Shown here piece by piece: positions 35,943 through 48,499 of a stretch of 64,000 nucleotides of DNA. Where the stretch lies: the NCBI GenBank assembly GCA_964252035.1, contig OZ176201.1. One strand, 5' to 3'. This DNA is from Podarcis erhardii. Taxonomy: Eukaryota. Position numbers and translations under genes: made by a program. How positions within the stretch are numbered: the first letter of the stretch is position 1; each line of letters begins with the position of its first letter. The notes under the pieces were generated by a model. It was not told where the DNA came from. It ran no database searches and saw nothing but the letters and a program-made list of their open reading frames with translations.

Positions 35943-38787
35943 TATTAAGAGTTCACCCATTGGGAACTTGGTTATGGATTAATCCCACATACGGATCTTG
36001 AGACCATTCTTATGACAGACAAATGAAAGACAAGATAAGGACCAACTGGCTGGAGGATGTGGCCCCATGGCCAGTGTTGAATATCCTGTACAGCAGAGGC
36101 ACCAACTTGCAAGAGCGAAGGGAGGGGCAATGTCGTGTGTGTGACGTCCCGACATCCCGCACAGGACATCAGGACATTGGGAGGAGCTGGGGGCAGAGCT
36201 GAACATGCTGCCCATATGGCTCAGTGGCCGGTGGCTCCTCCTCTTCTTGGCGCTGCCACTGGCAGAAGGCTGTTTCGGAAAAGAACAACAACAATAAAAA
36301 ATGTTTCAAAATCAATGGGTAAAATCAGTGCAGTTTTGAAAGGCTCGGCCCATCATCTTGATTCCAAATGATGTCCAATTGTATCCAAACAAAGATGGCA
36401 ATCTGCTCCTTGGTCTCATGAATCAAAATTTGGTTACTATATTTTAGGAGGTGTCCAAATGCAACGCAGACAAGCAGCTTCCCAAAATACATAGTAGATC
36501 CTACTCTATCTCGATAAACAGTATTCTTTAAAATATATTTTCACTCCCGCTTATTTCTCTGATCAGTGTGTGCAAGCTTTAATGCTTCCATTTCCAAACT
36601 TTCACTTTGAACATTACATAATTCAGAAAATTGAGATTTTGCATAAACTGAAAGAAACTGTTCGATTCAGGGCTAGTCCAGCCATTAAATAGAGTGGCAT
36701 TGTCTTTGGCAACTGTTTTGGGGTGTCATGAAAGGGCAGCAAATACTTGTTTCATTTATTATTGTTGTGTTTTTACTCTCAGGAAGAAATACTTGTTCTA
36801 TTTTCTACATCAGGTACCAAAACTATTGATTGGCACAATGCATGGTGACTGCTGAGGGTGCAGGAGGGGGGTGCATTTGCTTTTTGTCACAGCTCTTTGG
36901 GTATTTTCAAACTTCCCTGTTTCTTTAGACGATGCAGAACATGAAGGACTCTGAGAAGAACGACACTGAACAGGTATAAAGTGAGAAGGGGACCTAAAGC
37001 GGGAAAGCAATGAATGTTCTTGATTCTTTCCCTCGTCTTTCTCCTTGAAACTGCCTATCCCAGCTGCTGGCTTCTGATCAAAGATAATTGCTAATGGTAA
37101 ACAACTGTAGTCAAGGACCTATGGTAATGCACTGCAAATCATCAAGAGATCTTCCGGTTGACCTCAATATACCTTCTGCCCACGCTTGACATAGAAGGCA
37201 TATTAATTGAAAGAGGTACTGCTTAGCTCTCTGCTTTCTACTGTCTCTATGCAACACATTTAACCTTGCAGCGTGCTCAAAACATCTTAATTGACCTTCT
37301 CAAGGTTATACTCTTTGTAGTCAATTAACATTTGCAGAAAGATTCATTGTGGGATTTCTCCTAAGAGATTTCTAGCAAGCATCTATATTATTCAGCGACT
37401 GGATTTATGTAGGATATGCTACACTACCATGTAACGGGAATGCAGAATAAAATTATACAGTTTTATAGGGCTGAATTTCATGTCTCAGGAGTCTTCCTAC
37501 AAGGGGCCTTCATCAATTTGGAAATTTGACAGAATGCAATAAAAGATCAAGAACGGTATGGAAGACATGAATTAGGAACTCTTATTTTTCCTTTTTTGTA
37601 AAGCAAGAACTAGAGAGGGCAGGATGACATTAATATGTATTGGGTTTAATATAATTAGGTACCTTTCCGTGCTGTGAACACTTCGGGAACCCACTGTCAA
37701 AAGATGTTGTCAAGGCTGTATCGTTCAATTCAACACAGATTTAAACAAATTCTTCGTGATTAAATCCTTCATTGGCAGAGAGCCAAGATGACTGGGGGAT
37801 GCAATTTCATAGTCAAGTATTTGGAAATGTCTGCTTTGTAAAAGAGATGAATAAATGTAAAGGGATGGATTATTCCATCATTGGACTGAACTATCAGGCA
37901 CCGACGGTTGCCATAGAGAGGACATTGAGCTAGATGACCCAGATGTACGCAATTTCTTAGGAGCAGTGCTTTTTTTCTGGGGGAACGCAGGGGTACACAT
38001 ACCCCTAAACGTTTTGTGGATCTTTGTACTGTTGTCCATTTGCTGTATTTATTTTTCCCGATTTGAACTGTAAAATGGTGGTTTTCTTGAGTCAAAATAG
38101 GGAGAAGTGCCATCTTGTTCTTGCCTCAGGGAGCAAAAGGTCTTAGGCTGGCCTTGTGTCCATCCTAGAACCCAGAGACATCTGGAGGGCTACAGGTTTC
38201 ACACCCATGCTTTAAAGTGTCATCCTCTGCCTCTTTTTCGAATCCTTAAAATGCTACTGGTGGTTATCCTAAAATGTAAAAAAGTGGCAGTTGCTCCCCT
38301 GCTTTTTAAAAATTATTGTTGGTTTTCAGAATCGAAAAAAGCAACCCCTTCGCATAGCTGCATTAGAGTGACTCTGTTCCAGTGCCACATACTCCTAAAC
38401 AGTTCTTCTTTTTTCTAAATAAAATGTTTAGAGGTACTCTCATTCCATGTACAGAAGCCAACTGGCTCTGCAATGGAGTCTTGCTTCAACAATTGGGACA
38501 AGAGAGCATCCTCCACAGCACCTGAGGCAGCTGGGTACTTTGTGGGGATGACAGCAGACTGTGAGGCATCCAGAAAAGGAGAATGGAACTGTGGAGGGAG
38601 ACCAGGCTCATACCAGCATCCCTGCCCTTGAGCTGCGCTGAGTATGGACAGAGCTGGTGAATGTATGTAAGCCCTCTGCACACAGAATAAGTTAATTCCT
38701 GGAATCTGGGACAGGAGCAGCAAGGCATCCTGCTCCATCTCTACACATTCTTTATATACAGTTTCTGACCATGTGGAAAGAACTCTG

Positions 38788-39160
38788 TGTAACCCCCGGA
38801 GTCGAGAGTGGCTTTCATTCTCTTTATTCAGCTCATAGTGCTGAGGAGGAATGGAAGTTCCCCCACAATATCTGCTTTATATACATTATTTACACAATGG
38901 GCTGCACGTGATTGGCTAATTCTGGGATTCTCCTGTAGGGCAATCAGGTTGTGGATTCACTTCCACCTGGAGCTGGATTGGGTGGCTCCTGCAGACCAAT
39001 CATACTGCTGCATTGTTCTAGGACCAATCAGAACAATCATACTGCTGCATTCTGAATCTTATTGTTCTAGGACCAGTCAAACTGCTGCATTTTGGATCCT
39101 ATTTTTCTAGGACCAATCAGACTGCTGCATTTTGGATCCTATTCAACTCAGTACATAACA
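38788..39160 (-). mobile_element. Long terminal repeat (373 bp), 3' LTR of an LTR retroelement
   Basis: On - strand TGTTA...TAACA termini; four CCAAT-containing tandem units in U3; TATATAAA (38876-38883) then AATAAA (38823-38828). Polypurine tract AAAGGGGGGG (39161-39170) directly 5' of the TG. Confidence 0.82.
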
Positions 39161-39245
39161 CCCCCCCTTTAGCCATTTTTGCAAGACTGGAAAGCAAAGA
39201 GAGGTATGCAGCTGAAGCTGTTTTATTTTACAGCTGTCTTAACTG

Positions 39246-39598
39246 NNNNNNNNNNNNNNNNNNNNNNNNNNNNNNNNNNNNNNNNNNNNNNNNNNNNNNN
39301 NNNNNNNNNNNNNNNNNNNNNNNNNNNNNNNNNNNNNNNNNNNNNNNNNNNNNNNNNNNNNNNNNNNNNNNNNNNNNNNNNNNNNNNNNNNNNNNNNNNN
39401 NNNNNNNNNNNNNNNNNNNNNNNNNNNNNNNNNNNNNNNNNNNNNNNNNNNNNNNNNNNNNNNNNNNNNNNNNNNNNNNNNNNNNNNNNNNNNNNNNNNN
39501 NNNNNNNNNNNNNNNNNNNNNNNNNNNNNNNNNNNNNNNNNNNNNNNNNNNNNNNNNNNNNNNNNNNNNNNNNNNNNNNNNNNNNNNNNNNNNNNNNN
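39246..39598. other. Assembly gap (353 N)
   Basis: Seen directly. Confidence 1.
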
Positions 39599-40109
39599 GG
39601 CTGTTTTCAATGCCTTCTCAGGGTGTGAAAAGAGAAATGTTTGGGAACAGCCCAAGATTAAGATGCTTCCGTTAATGCGCTGATATATGAAGCATGTGTA
39701 GGAAGTGCTGGTCCTAATGTTGTTTGCTAAACACCATTTTTGTTTGCAAGATCACCATGTAATTTAATTTTCAAAAACTACATGAGTAAACCTTGATTTA
39801 GGAGTCAGGACCTCAAGTTGCTTTGAAGGTATCAAACTCATGTTTCACATGCAGCTTGCCAACCTAGAGAGAAAATCTTGTTTTAATCAGTAAAGCCATT
39901 TTGACTTATATAATTTGAAAATAGAACTGGTGCCATTGCAGTTAGCAGCAAAAGTCTAATTCGCCAGCCTAATCTTTTCCAACTTGCAGCTGCTTTTGGA
40001 GCAAGATGTTATTACTGCTTTAAAAGAACTAGATCTGGAAGTGCCCTCGTGTGAAAGGTGTCTTCCATTCACAGTAGGCAGGCATCGGGAGTTGTGTTGA
40101 CATTATCTC

Positions 40110-40550
40110 TTTTTTATTATTATAATTTTTATTAGATTTCTGTTTTACATTTTAGAATATTCAGTTAAACAACCTTACAATATCAGTAGCTTCCCTTCCT
40201 CTCTTTCTATGGTTCATTTTGCACAACATAAATCCCTGCATATTTTATATAAATTAAACAATTTAGCATTCCATTATAACATCCATCAAAAATTATTTAC
40301 ACTGTTGAATTTATCTTAATGCTGCCCACGTTTTCAGTTATACACAATTTTCCTCTACATATTCAATAAAAATTTTCCAGTCTTCTTTAAACGTATGTTC
40401 TTCTTGTTCTCTTATTCTATATGTTAGGTCCTCAAGCTGTGCATATTTCATCAGTTTAAGTTGCCATTCTTCTTTAGTTGGGACTTCGCTCGTTTTCCAT
40501 TTGGGGGCTAACAAAACACAAGCCGCAGCAGTGGCAGACATAAATAGCCT
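40110..40550 (-). mobile_element. L1/Tx1-clade LINE 3' end
   Basis: Minus ORF ATAAACVLLAPKWKTSEVPTKEEWQLKLMKYAQLEDLTYRIREQEEHTFKEDWKIFIEY resembles squamate L1 ORF2 C-termini. A-rich tail near 40110-40133. Confidence 0.75.
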
Positions 40551-40679
40551 TTTTTGACACCTGGGAATTTCTGTCTATGTTATCCCCAACTTTCTCAGCT
40601 TATGCAAAACAAGAAGCCCCACCAAGTCAGATTAGTGCCCCTATGAACAAACAGCTGAAGGTGCTGAACCATTTGTGTC

Positions 40680-40949
40680 CAGAGCTGTAGCTAGGTGATC
40701 TTGCGCCCCTGGCAGAACCGTGCAGATTGCGCCCCCCAACCATGGAAAATTAGCTCTTCTTTCTGCTTCTCCTCTAACCCCCCCCCCGGGCCCTTCTACT
40801 CATTCAATTCACCCTCTATTTAAAACAATTTCTTATGTGGCAATAATCAAGATTTATATTTATGGACATATTTTTAGCCAACTTTGTGCTCCTCCATTGC
40901 CTGCGCCCCTGGCGGGGGCCCACCTCAACATCCCCTAGCTACGGCCCTG
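40680..40949. mobile_element. Non-autonomous hAT element (270 bp)
   Basis: TIRs CAGAGCTGTAGCTAGG / CCTAGCTACGGCCCTG; perfect 8-bp TSD TTTGTGTC (40672-40679, 40950-40957). Confidence 0.88.
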
Positions 40950-42419
40950 TTTGTGTCTGCCATCGGACCCCTGTGAACTCCTGCACTGAGGATCCTCAGC
41001 ATGCAAGTCAGTGGCAACAAGGTTTTCTGGAAGTAGAATGTATTAAGCCAGGGATGCTGAAACTGTGCCTATACGTGGTGTCAGTAAGTTCAAAAGACTT
41101 TTATGCCATTGTTCAATGGCAGAGCACATGCTGTGCATGCAGAAGATCCTCAATGCATGTGCAGAGTTCCTTTTCCTCAGAACTATCCTCACCACCAAGC
41201 ATCTAGGATTAGAGGACAGTGCTTTCAATTTGGCCATCTCCTTTGTTGGGAATCAACCACTGAGTCAAAGATTTTACATCTCCACATTAATATCATCAAT
41301 AAAAGAACTTGGAAGGTTTGATCTCTCTTTTGTGGTGGAAAAATCCACTCTAGGATTAGACAGCTTTTGTCCATGAAGATAATATTATTATTATTTTCAT
41401 TTCTATCAATTTTGCCTGCTGCAGAATTCATGTTTACTTTCTTCTAGGATGTGAATTGTGTTTTGTTTTGTTTAAATTGCTGCTACATTTGCTACTTCTT
41501 ATGTAACATCAGAGTCAATTTTTGGCAAAAGCCAACTTGCATAGCTTAATCTACCAATGCGCTCTAAACTGAAATCCATTTTATGGGCAATTCAAACCCA
41601 TTTTATGGGCAATTTGTGGCAATTATTTGGGTCTACCAACCGAAAATAATGGCTTAGACAACACAAGCATCTCCCCAGCAGCCTCTTTTGTGAAGACGGA
41701 AGCAAAGAATTCACTTAAGGAATACTCAGAGAGAGTATAGTTAAGTACTTCTCTCTCACCTGGGTGGTCTATAGCGATTCTTTGGCAGACTTCCTTGTTG
41801 TGATTTATTTTGACCAGAGAGAGAGAGAGAGAGAGGAAGAAACTTTATTGTTGCTGTTTGTGTTGCTGTCTTTAATTTAGTAGCTCCTCAAATTCCTTCT
41901 TGGCGTGTTATTTTACTTTTATGTTTAACTTGCCAAATTGTATACTTTCTTTTATTTTTGCTCATTTTTATTCCCAGGCACTTTTTTAAAGGAGACTCTC
42001 TTGCCTTCCTCAGCCTGGTCTAATGGTTTTTTCATAGCTCTTTTTGTTCTGAGGTGACTCACAAAACCACAAGAACCCAAAAGTTATCAAAAACACCTCC
42101 CTAAAACAGAAGTCTTCACATATTGCCTCCTTCAAATAAATTTTCACAGTCCAGAATGTGGCCTTGCTCAAGCAGGAATCAGGAATGGAGAATGCCAAAA
42201 GATGCCTGCAGATATAGCCAGCCATATCCCAAGAGTTTCTAGAAAAATCTAGGGACACAATCTGCCCGGGGTGCATGTGAGGAAATAGTAAGCATTGAAA
42301 GGGGTTCCCCTCCACTTTCTCCAGTCCCAATCTAGAAATGGCTTTTAACCACTCTCAACTCCAACCTGATAATTGCCACCTGCCAAATTTTAACTTGCCT
42401 GAATTAATTTTTAGATTTT

Positions 42420-42545
42420 TAAAATTAATTGAAGTCTGTTTTTATGCATATTGTGTTGTTTTTATGATGTTAGCCGCTCTGAGCCTGGCCTTGGCCGGGG
42501 AGGGCAGGATACAAATTAACAACAACAACAACAACAACAACAACC
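42420..42545 (+). mobile_element. L2-type 3' tail with (AAC)n
   Basis: TGTTAGCCGCTCTGAGCC...GGGAGGGCAGGATACAAATT followed by (AAC)n. Confidence 0.55.
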
Positions 42546-42736
42546 AAACCATAATGCACTCCACAGAAGAGCCCTTAGAAACTGGTGATAGCAAAGGACA
42601 GGACCTTGTAGACCTGTTGCTAGTTAGAATAGGGGCTTGACTGAGGGTGGAGGAACAAATGTTAACTTTACCTTTTTACAGTCAGCTAGTTTCTATACAT
42701 ACTTGCACTCTCCTCTGTATCTTCCATCCAGGCAAG

Positions 42737-43072
42737 CAAACCCTCCAAGTGTCCCTATTTTCCAGGGATGTCCCTGATTTAGAGACGCTGCCCCGGTTTC
42801 TGATTTGATCCCAGAATGTACCACTTTTCCTTAGGATGTCCCTATTTTCACTGGAGAAACGTTGGCGGGTATGGCATTATCTGACCCCCGAGCCATCTGA
42901 AGGCAATCCTGTATAAGGAAGTTTTCTTAATGTTCTATTATGTTTTCGAATGTGTTGGAAGCTGCTCAGAGTGGCTGGGGCAACCCAGTAAAATGTGTGG
43001 GTTATAAATAGTAAAATTATTATGATCGAATGGGACGTCCCTATTTTCATCCGAGAAATATTGGAGGGGATG
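42737..43072. mobile_element. Non-autonomous DNA transposon (336 bp)
   Basis: Termini CAAACCCTCCAA / TTGGAGGGGATG; flanking direct repeat GGCAAG(CA) at 42731 and 43073. Confidence 0.7.
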
Positions 43073-43204
43073 GGCAAGCAAGAGGCATTATTGGACATTG
43101 TGAATACATTCCAGCCAAGCAAAAATACTCAAGGAGAGTGCGAAGTGTGGCTGAGGAGGAAGTGTAGTCTGAGGAGAGTCCTGAGGGCTGGATTGAGGTT
43201 CTCA

Positions 43205-43555
43205 ACCCTTGAGATAGATAGACAAATAGCCTGGCCAGGTATAATACAGGTTATTGTGTTCCCAAATTGCAGCTAGTCCAGAATGTAGCCTCCAGTGTGT
43301 TATCTGGGACAGGCCAGAGGGAACATATGATGCTGATTTTAAGACAACTTTGTGGCTCCCAGTTGGTTTCTAGGCCCAATTCCAATTTCTGGTTTTCTTT
43401 AAAGCCCTAAATGGTTCCAGGCTAGGATACCTCAAGGCCTGCCTTCTCACATATAAGCCTATTCACCAATTAAAATCTTCTCCAGATGGTCTGCTCTGGG
43501 CTTCCTCACTACCTTGAGGTTACAGAGAGTGGTTATCTAGGAGCGGGCTTCAAAA
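43205..43555 (+). mobile_element. Degraded L2 RT C-terminal fragment
   Basis: Broken frames give VQNVASSVLSGTGQREH...WLPVGF...KALNG, homologous to the 3787-4392 ORF. Confidence 0.7.
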
Positions 43556-45024
43556 ATGGTCCCGAGTTTATTTATTTAATTAATTTAACTTGCTAAATTA
43601 CGACAATTTCTGAATTGATTGAGAGTCAATTCTTCTTTGAGACCCTCTCTGCTAGCTTTCAGAGGGCAAGCAAGGATAGATCTTTTTGTGGGACTTTTAG
43701 GGCTATTTCCAGTGACCTTTTTTATCAGCCACTTGTCCCACTTTGCTTGTGCAAAGCTTACACAGACGTTATATGATGCCTGCTCTTTATTGAGCATTCT
43801 TCCTTATTTGTTTGTGGGAGGTTATACAACAATGACATGCATCCTGATGTTCTTATGCGGAATTTATACATCTTCCCATCAATCATTTATCCCTCTTTTA
43901 AGTACATTGCCATGTAACTTTCCTGACGACAAAAGTCTATTTCTTTTTTTAAAAAATGTGGATTTATTGTGCCAGACCACTTTAATCCGCTTTAATTTTG
44001 CACACCTCAATTTCCAGTATGCAGCTGAATTGCTCCCACAGAATACTGATAGCTAGAAGGTGACCTTGAAACTCTTTGGTTATTTTAAATGCTTGAGTGG
44101 AACTTTAAATGTTGTCTATACTGATTCTGCCCCCCCACACTGCTCAGATTAGCTATGATGTTTCTTTTGCTTGATTAGTCTGTCTCTGGTTTTGTTTTTA
44201 AAACTGCTCTATAGTTTTTACACATGTAGCTAGCCACTTCACAGATCTTTCCAGTCAAAATTTGGATTAATAGATAAACCAGTAACTTAAAGGGGATTGG
44301 GTGTATGTGATGCTACATGCATCTCCCTGCAATTTCAGATTTACAGTGCCATCCTAACCATGTCTATTCAGAATTCAATGGAGCTCTCCCTTGTGAGTGG
44401 GGTTAGGATTGCAGTCTAAGGCACGGGAGTCTGTGTAAATGCAGAATGTAGCATTAGGTGGAAACTTCAAAGATGTTTGACACATTATACAGCAACATAC
44501 CTGAGTTTGCCACCAAGTCTTCATTCAGTTGGGAATTCTTGGGAATTCAAGCTCCCCAATGAGTGTTGCTGTAGGATAGACAAGTTTCCAAATACCAAAT
44601 GCCTCAATGACTTTGAATGAGTCATCTCCCTATATAAACCAGCCTGGGTGTAAGGATGGGGAAATTTTGATTTATCTTAGTGCCTCATTTTACAGTTGAG
44701 TTCTCCAGTTTGTGATACTCACATGAAAATAAACACATTTTTGAAAAGTAATCTGCCCAATAGAATGCATATTTTAATGTTATTTTAACAAAGATGCATT
44801 TTCATGCACACTTTACCCTAGTATGTGCATTTTTGTACATATTATTTGGCTGGAGTGCTACATTGCAAAATTGCATGAATTTTGCGTGATGGCTAAGTTT
44901 CAGTTCGTGTGCACAAATGAGGCATGTTTACCTTTCAGTGTGAACCAAATTGAATTTTCCCCTATCCCCACATGAGTGTTAAGATCTGCCAGAGGGACTC
45001 TCTTTAATGCTTGTCAATCAGGAA

Positions 45025-45944
45025 TAGGGCTGGGCAGTGTTGGGTTTTCAACATTGTGGTGTATCGTCAGCCACACACCGTGGTTTGGTGATATACCGCA
45101 GTGTTGAAAAAAGATGCATTGGCCCCAGCTGGCAGGTGAAACTGCCACAGCTCTCATCGTGGGAGCTGAGGTGCTTTCGCCCTAGTGCCTTGTGGGCTAT
45201 GACCAATACAGCTGGCCCCAGCCTGCTGCTCAGCTGGGGGGCGGAAAGGCTTCTGCGCCCAGAGGAGCCAGCCTCGAGTCCCCTGCTGCTCATGCTGGAG
45301 CAGCAAGAACCTTGGGGCTCCTTGGCCAAGCTCCCTCTGCCTTTGCTGGCATGGGGAGCGGGCAACCTACCTTACGCACTTACCCACACTCCCTGAAAGC
45401 AGCAGTAGCCAAGAGCACGGAACCTGTCAGTGTGGTTGACTGCCTTTGCCTCCTCCATGTTCAGGTGTGCTGTCTCTTTCTTCTGGTGGGGGGGGGTCCT
45501 TCACCCCAGGAGAAACGATGCAGCCCACCCTCCTGTCCACAAGACACAGGGTGCAAAGCCACCCTATCTGTGCCAGAGAGGGGCTGATGGAGGCTGCTAG
45601 CAAGCGCTGGGGCTGCCATCATCAAAGAGCCTCTACACTGCCTGGCTGCCTTCCACTGGAGGGAGGGCTCAGTAGCAGGAGAAGGCAGCCAGGTGAGGCC
45701 AGGGAACTCTCAGCTGGGAAGCAGAAGCTTCCCAGTATATTGCTGGTGAAACCGCCACCACTTGAGTCCCTCTGCCTCCAGTGCCAGCTAGTTTGTTTCT
45801 TCCTCAGCATGCTGGGTGCTGGAGGCAGATGGACTCAAGTGTGGTGACTGTTTCACCAGCAATATACCACTGAGTGAAGCTGTCATTGCGGTCTGTCCCC
45901 ACATTCCGGTCCTGGGTGATATAGCTATATGCCGCCCAGGCCTA
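45025..45944. mobile_element. Non-autonomous hAT element (920 bp, GC-rich interior)
   Basis: TIRs TAGGGCTGGGCAG / CCGCCCAGGCCTA; 8-bp TSD ATCAGGAA / ATCAGGAG (45017-45024, 45945-45952). No transposase ORF seen. Confidence 0.8.
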
Positions 45945-48157
45945 ATCAGGAGCTATATACTATGCAGGTCTCAGCCTCCATAGTGGCACATTGATTTTGT
46001 AATTCTCTCCCCTCTGAAATTTGGCTGGCCCCTTACTCTCTTTTCATTCAGATGCTAGCCAAAACCCTGGTTAAACTTGACTCAGAGTCTTTGAAGTTAT
46101 TAATATTAAGCTGGTGTGTTGGTTTAATGTTCTTTTCCTCTTTTTAGGGTAATTGTTTTTTGTTCTGCTCTTACATTGCTATGGATTTATATTTTTAAGG
46201 CTGTATTTGCTGTTACTGACCCTGAGATATTTGCCTATAGCAAAGTCTATAAAACCTATGGGGAGGTCTATAAATGTTTACATAAATAAATAATAAATAT
46301 CATATCCATCACATTCACACTTTACATATTTGGGTGTATCCTTGGAAAACGTTAGAAGTGCACCTAAAAACAGTACCATGTGGCCTTTGTGCTCTGAGGA
46401 TATAATCATTTAAAAAGCAAATTAACGTAAAGATGAAACTTGGAAGGTATATGAACAGAGACATCTCAGTCCTGAGGAAGACTCAGCAGACTTTTAATTA
46501 ATTAGACAGTTGTGCCCACATGTAGCAGAGGCAAGGTAAATTACTCAAAATAATGAAAAAAATTCAAATTTGCATAATGTCAGATCCTGCCTGCTTTTGG
46601 GCTTCCCATATGCATCAAAATACACACAGTTGTACACCGAGCTCCAGATGATTTAGGCTGCATTCCTGAGAGTAAAATCCTCTGATTTCAATGGGACTTA
46701 CCATACTTTTGAGTAGGAATAAGAATGTTATGATACAGGGACAATAAAGAGGAAGACTAAATCCTAGACTCACTCAATGGCCAGTCTAGTGTAAGAGGAA
46801 AATAAATGGGCCAATAATAAAATTAGAATGCACATTAAAAGTACGTGACTTTTCCCCAAAGAATTGTGGGAACCATAGTTCCCCACAGAGCTACAGTTCC
46901 TAGCACCATTAACAAACTACACTTCCCAGGATTCCTTGAGAGTAGTTATGGGCTTTAAATGTCCTCTGAATGTCCTTTTAATGTGTAGTATGGATCTGCC
47001 TGACATCCCATCGAGTTCTATGGGTGTACTCTCACATAAATGGCTATAGGGCTGCATCTAAATTTATTGGCTTCAAGGCGGAAGTGGACATATGTATTAA
47101 TATCTTGGTTTATGCGAGCATTTATTCAAAAGTAAGTCCCTGTTGACAGGGCTGACTTCCTAATCTGATGCCTTGCTAGTATCCTATTGGAGTCAGGAAG
47201 CTTTTCCTCTCCTCATTCTCAGGCTGCCTTTCTTTGACTTCACCATAACAACAATGCCAGATAAACGGAGCGAAAAGAGCTCTTGGAGAGATCATTTGAG
47301 CATCTTCGCACAGAAATAGTACATTGAGGCCACTTTCCTGGCTGTGGATCTGTCAACTTGGCTGAAGTCTTAGGATATTGGACACAGATTTATGCAGAAA
47401 ATATGGCAGTTCTCCACATATCACATCCCATGTGATTTCTCTCTCCCTCCCCACCCCTTAACCAGCAATCAAGTTCAAAATATGAGACTGAAAATAGTTC
47501 CAATGGCTACCGCAAATCACGTAGTCACCAAAATAGCCAATTTTTTCATACAGTTGTTGGAGTGAACTAGGTGGGTTTTTTTTAAGAATGCCAAAAACAC
47601 AGCACGTGGGAAAAGCTAGTTTTACCGTAAGATAGTATGCCATGAAACAAACACACCAGGCTTATGTATGTATAATTAAATAAACCCCTTTGTTCCAGAA
47701 AGGGGGTTTCCTGATGCTCATGTTTACCTAACCTCACAGTTACTGTATAGTCGCAAATTTGACCTTCTTTGACAATTTGATTCTCCTCTACTTTTCAATT
47801 CACAATCCAACACATTTACTAGGAAAGTCTAATTGTTTTCAAAAGGGCTTCCAAGTATTCTTAGGCTTGGGGTGTTAGTGGCTTTATGTAACCTCTTCCC
47901 TAGCAATGCCCTCAGCAACAGTCTCAGTAGTGTTATCCTTCTCTGCATGGCTTTGATATGTAATAATAAATGAAGCTATAGAGATATATTGGGAGCACTT
48001 CAAACCCTATTGAAGGAATCAGAATTATCGTTTCTGTTCCTGTGAATGTCTCACTTTACTCTCATCTTGGATAGATTTGGGATCTGTGCAGGAAAGCCAA
48101 AGACCTACAGCCACCTTTGTATTTCATGGCTATTTGCCCCCCCCCAATCCCTCCTCC

Positions 48158-48499
48158 TGGGGCGTGGGTGGCGCTGTGGGTTAAACCACAGAGCCTAGGA
48201 CTTGTCGATCAGAAGGTTGGTGGTTCGAATTCCCACGACGGGGTGAGCTCCCGTTGCTCGGTCCCTGCTCCTACCAACCTAGCAGTTCGAAAGCACATCA
48301 AAGTGCAAATAGATAAATAGGTACCGCTCTGGCGGGAAAGTAAACATGTGCTGCTCTGGTTCGCCAGAAGCGGCTTAGTCATGCTGGCCACATGACCCTG
48401 AAGCTGTACGCCGGCTCCCTTGGCCAATAAAGTGAGATGAGCGCCGCAACCCCAGAGTCGGTCACGACTAGATCTAATGGTCAGGGGTCCCTTTACCTT
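48158..48499 (+). mobile_element. Sauria SINE, full length
   Basis: tRNA-like head, conserved body, CCCTTTACCTT tail; 11-bp TSD ATCCCTCCTCC (48147-48157, 48500-48510). Confidence 0.93.

Noticed and set aside
38994-39150. Repeat-spacer-like pattern suggestive of CRISPR
   Set aside because: Vertebrate LTR U3 tandem duplication; units are degenerate copies without unique spacers, and there are no cas genes.
39179-39655. 149-aa and 138-aa ORFs in the ORF track
   Set aside because: Artefacts of the N run.
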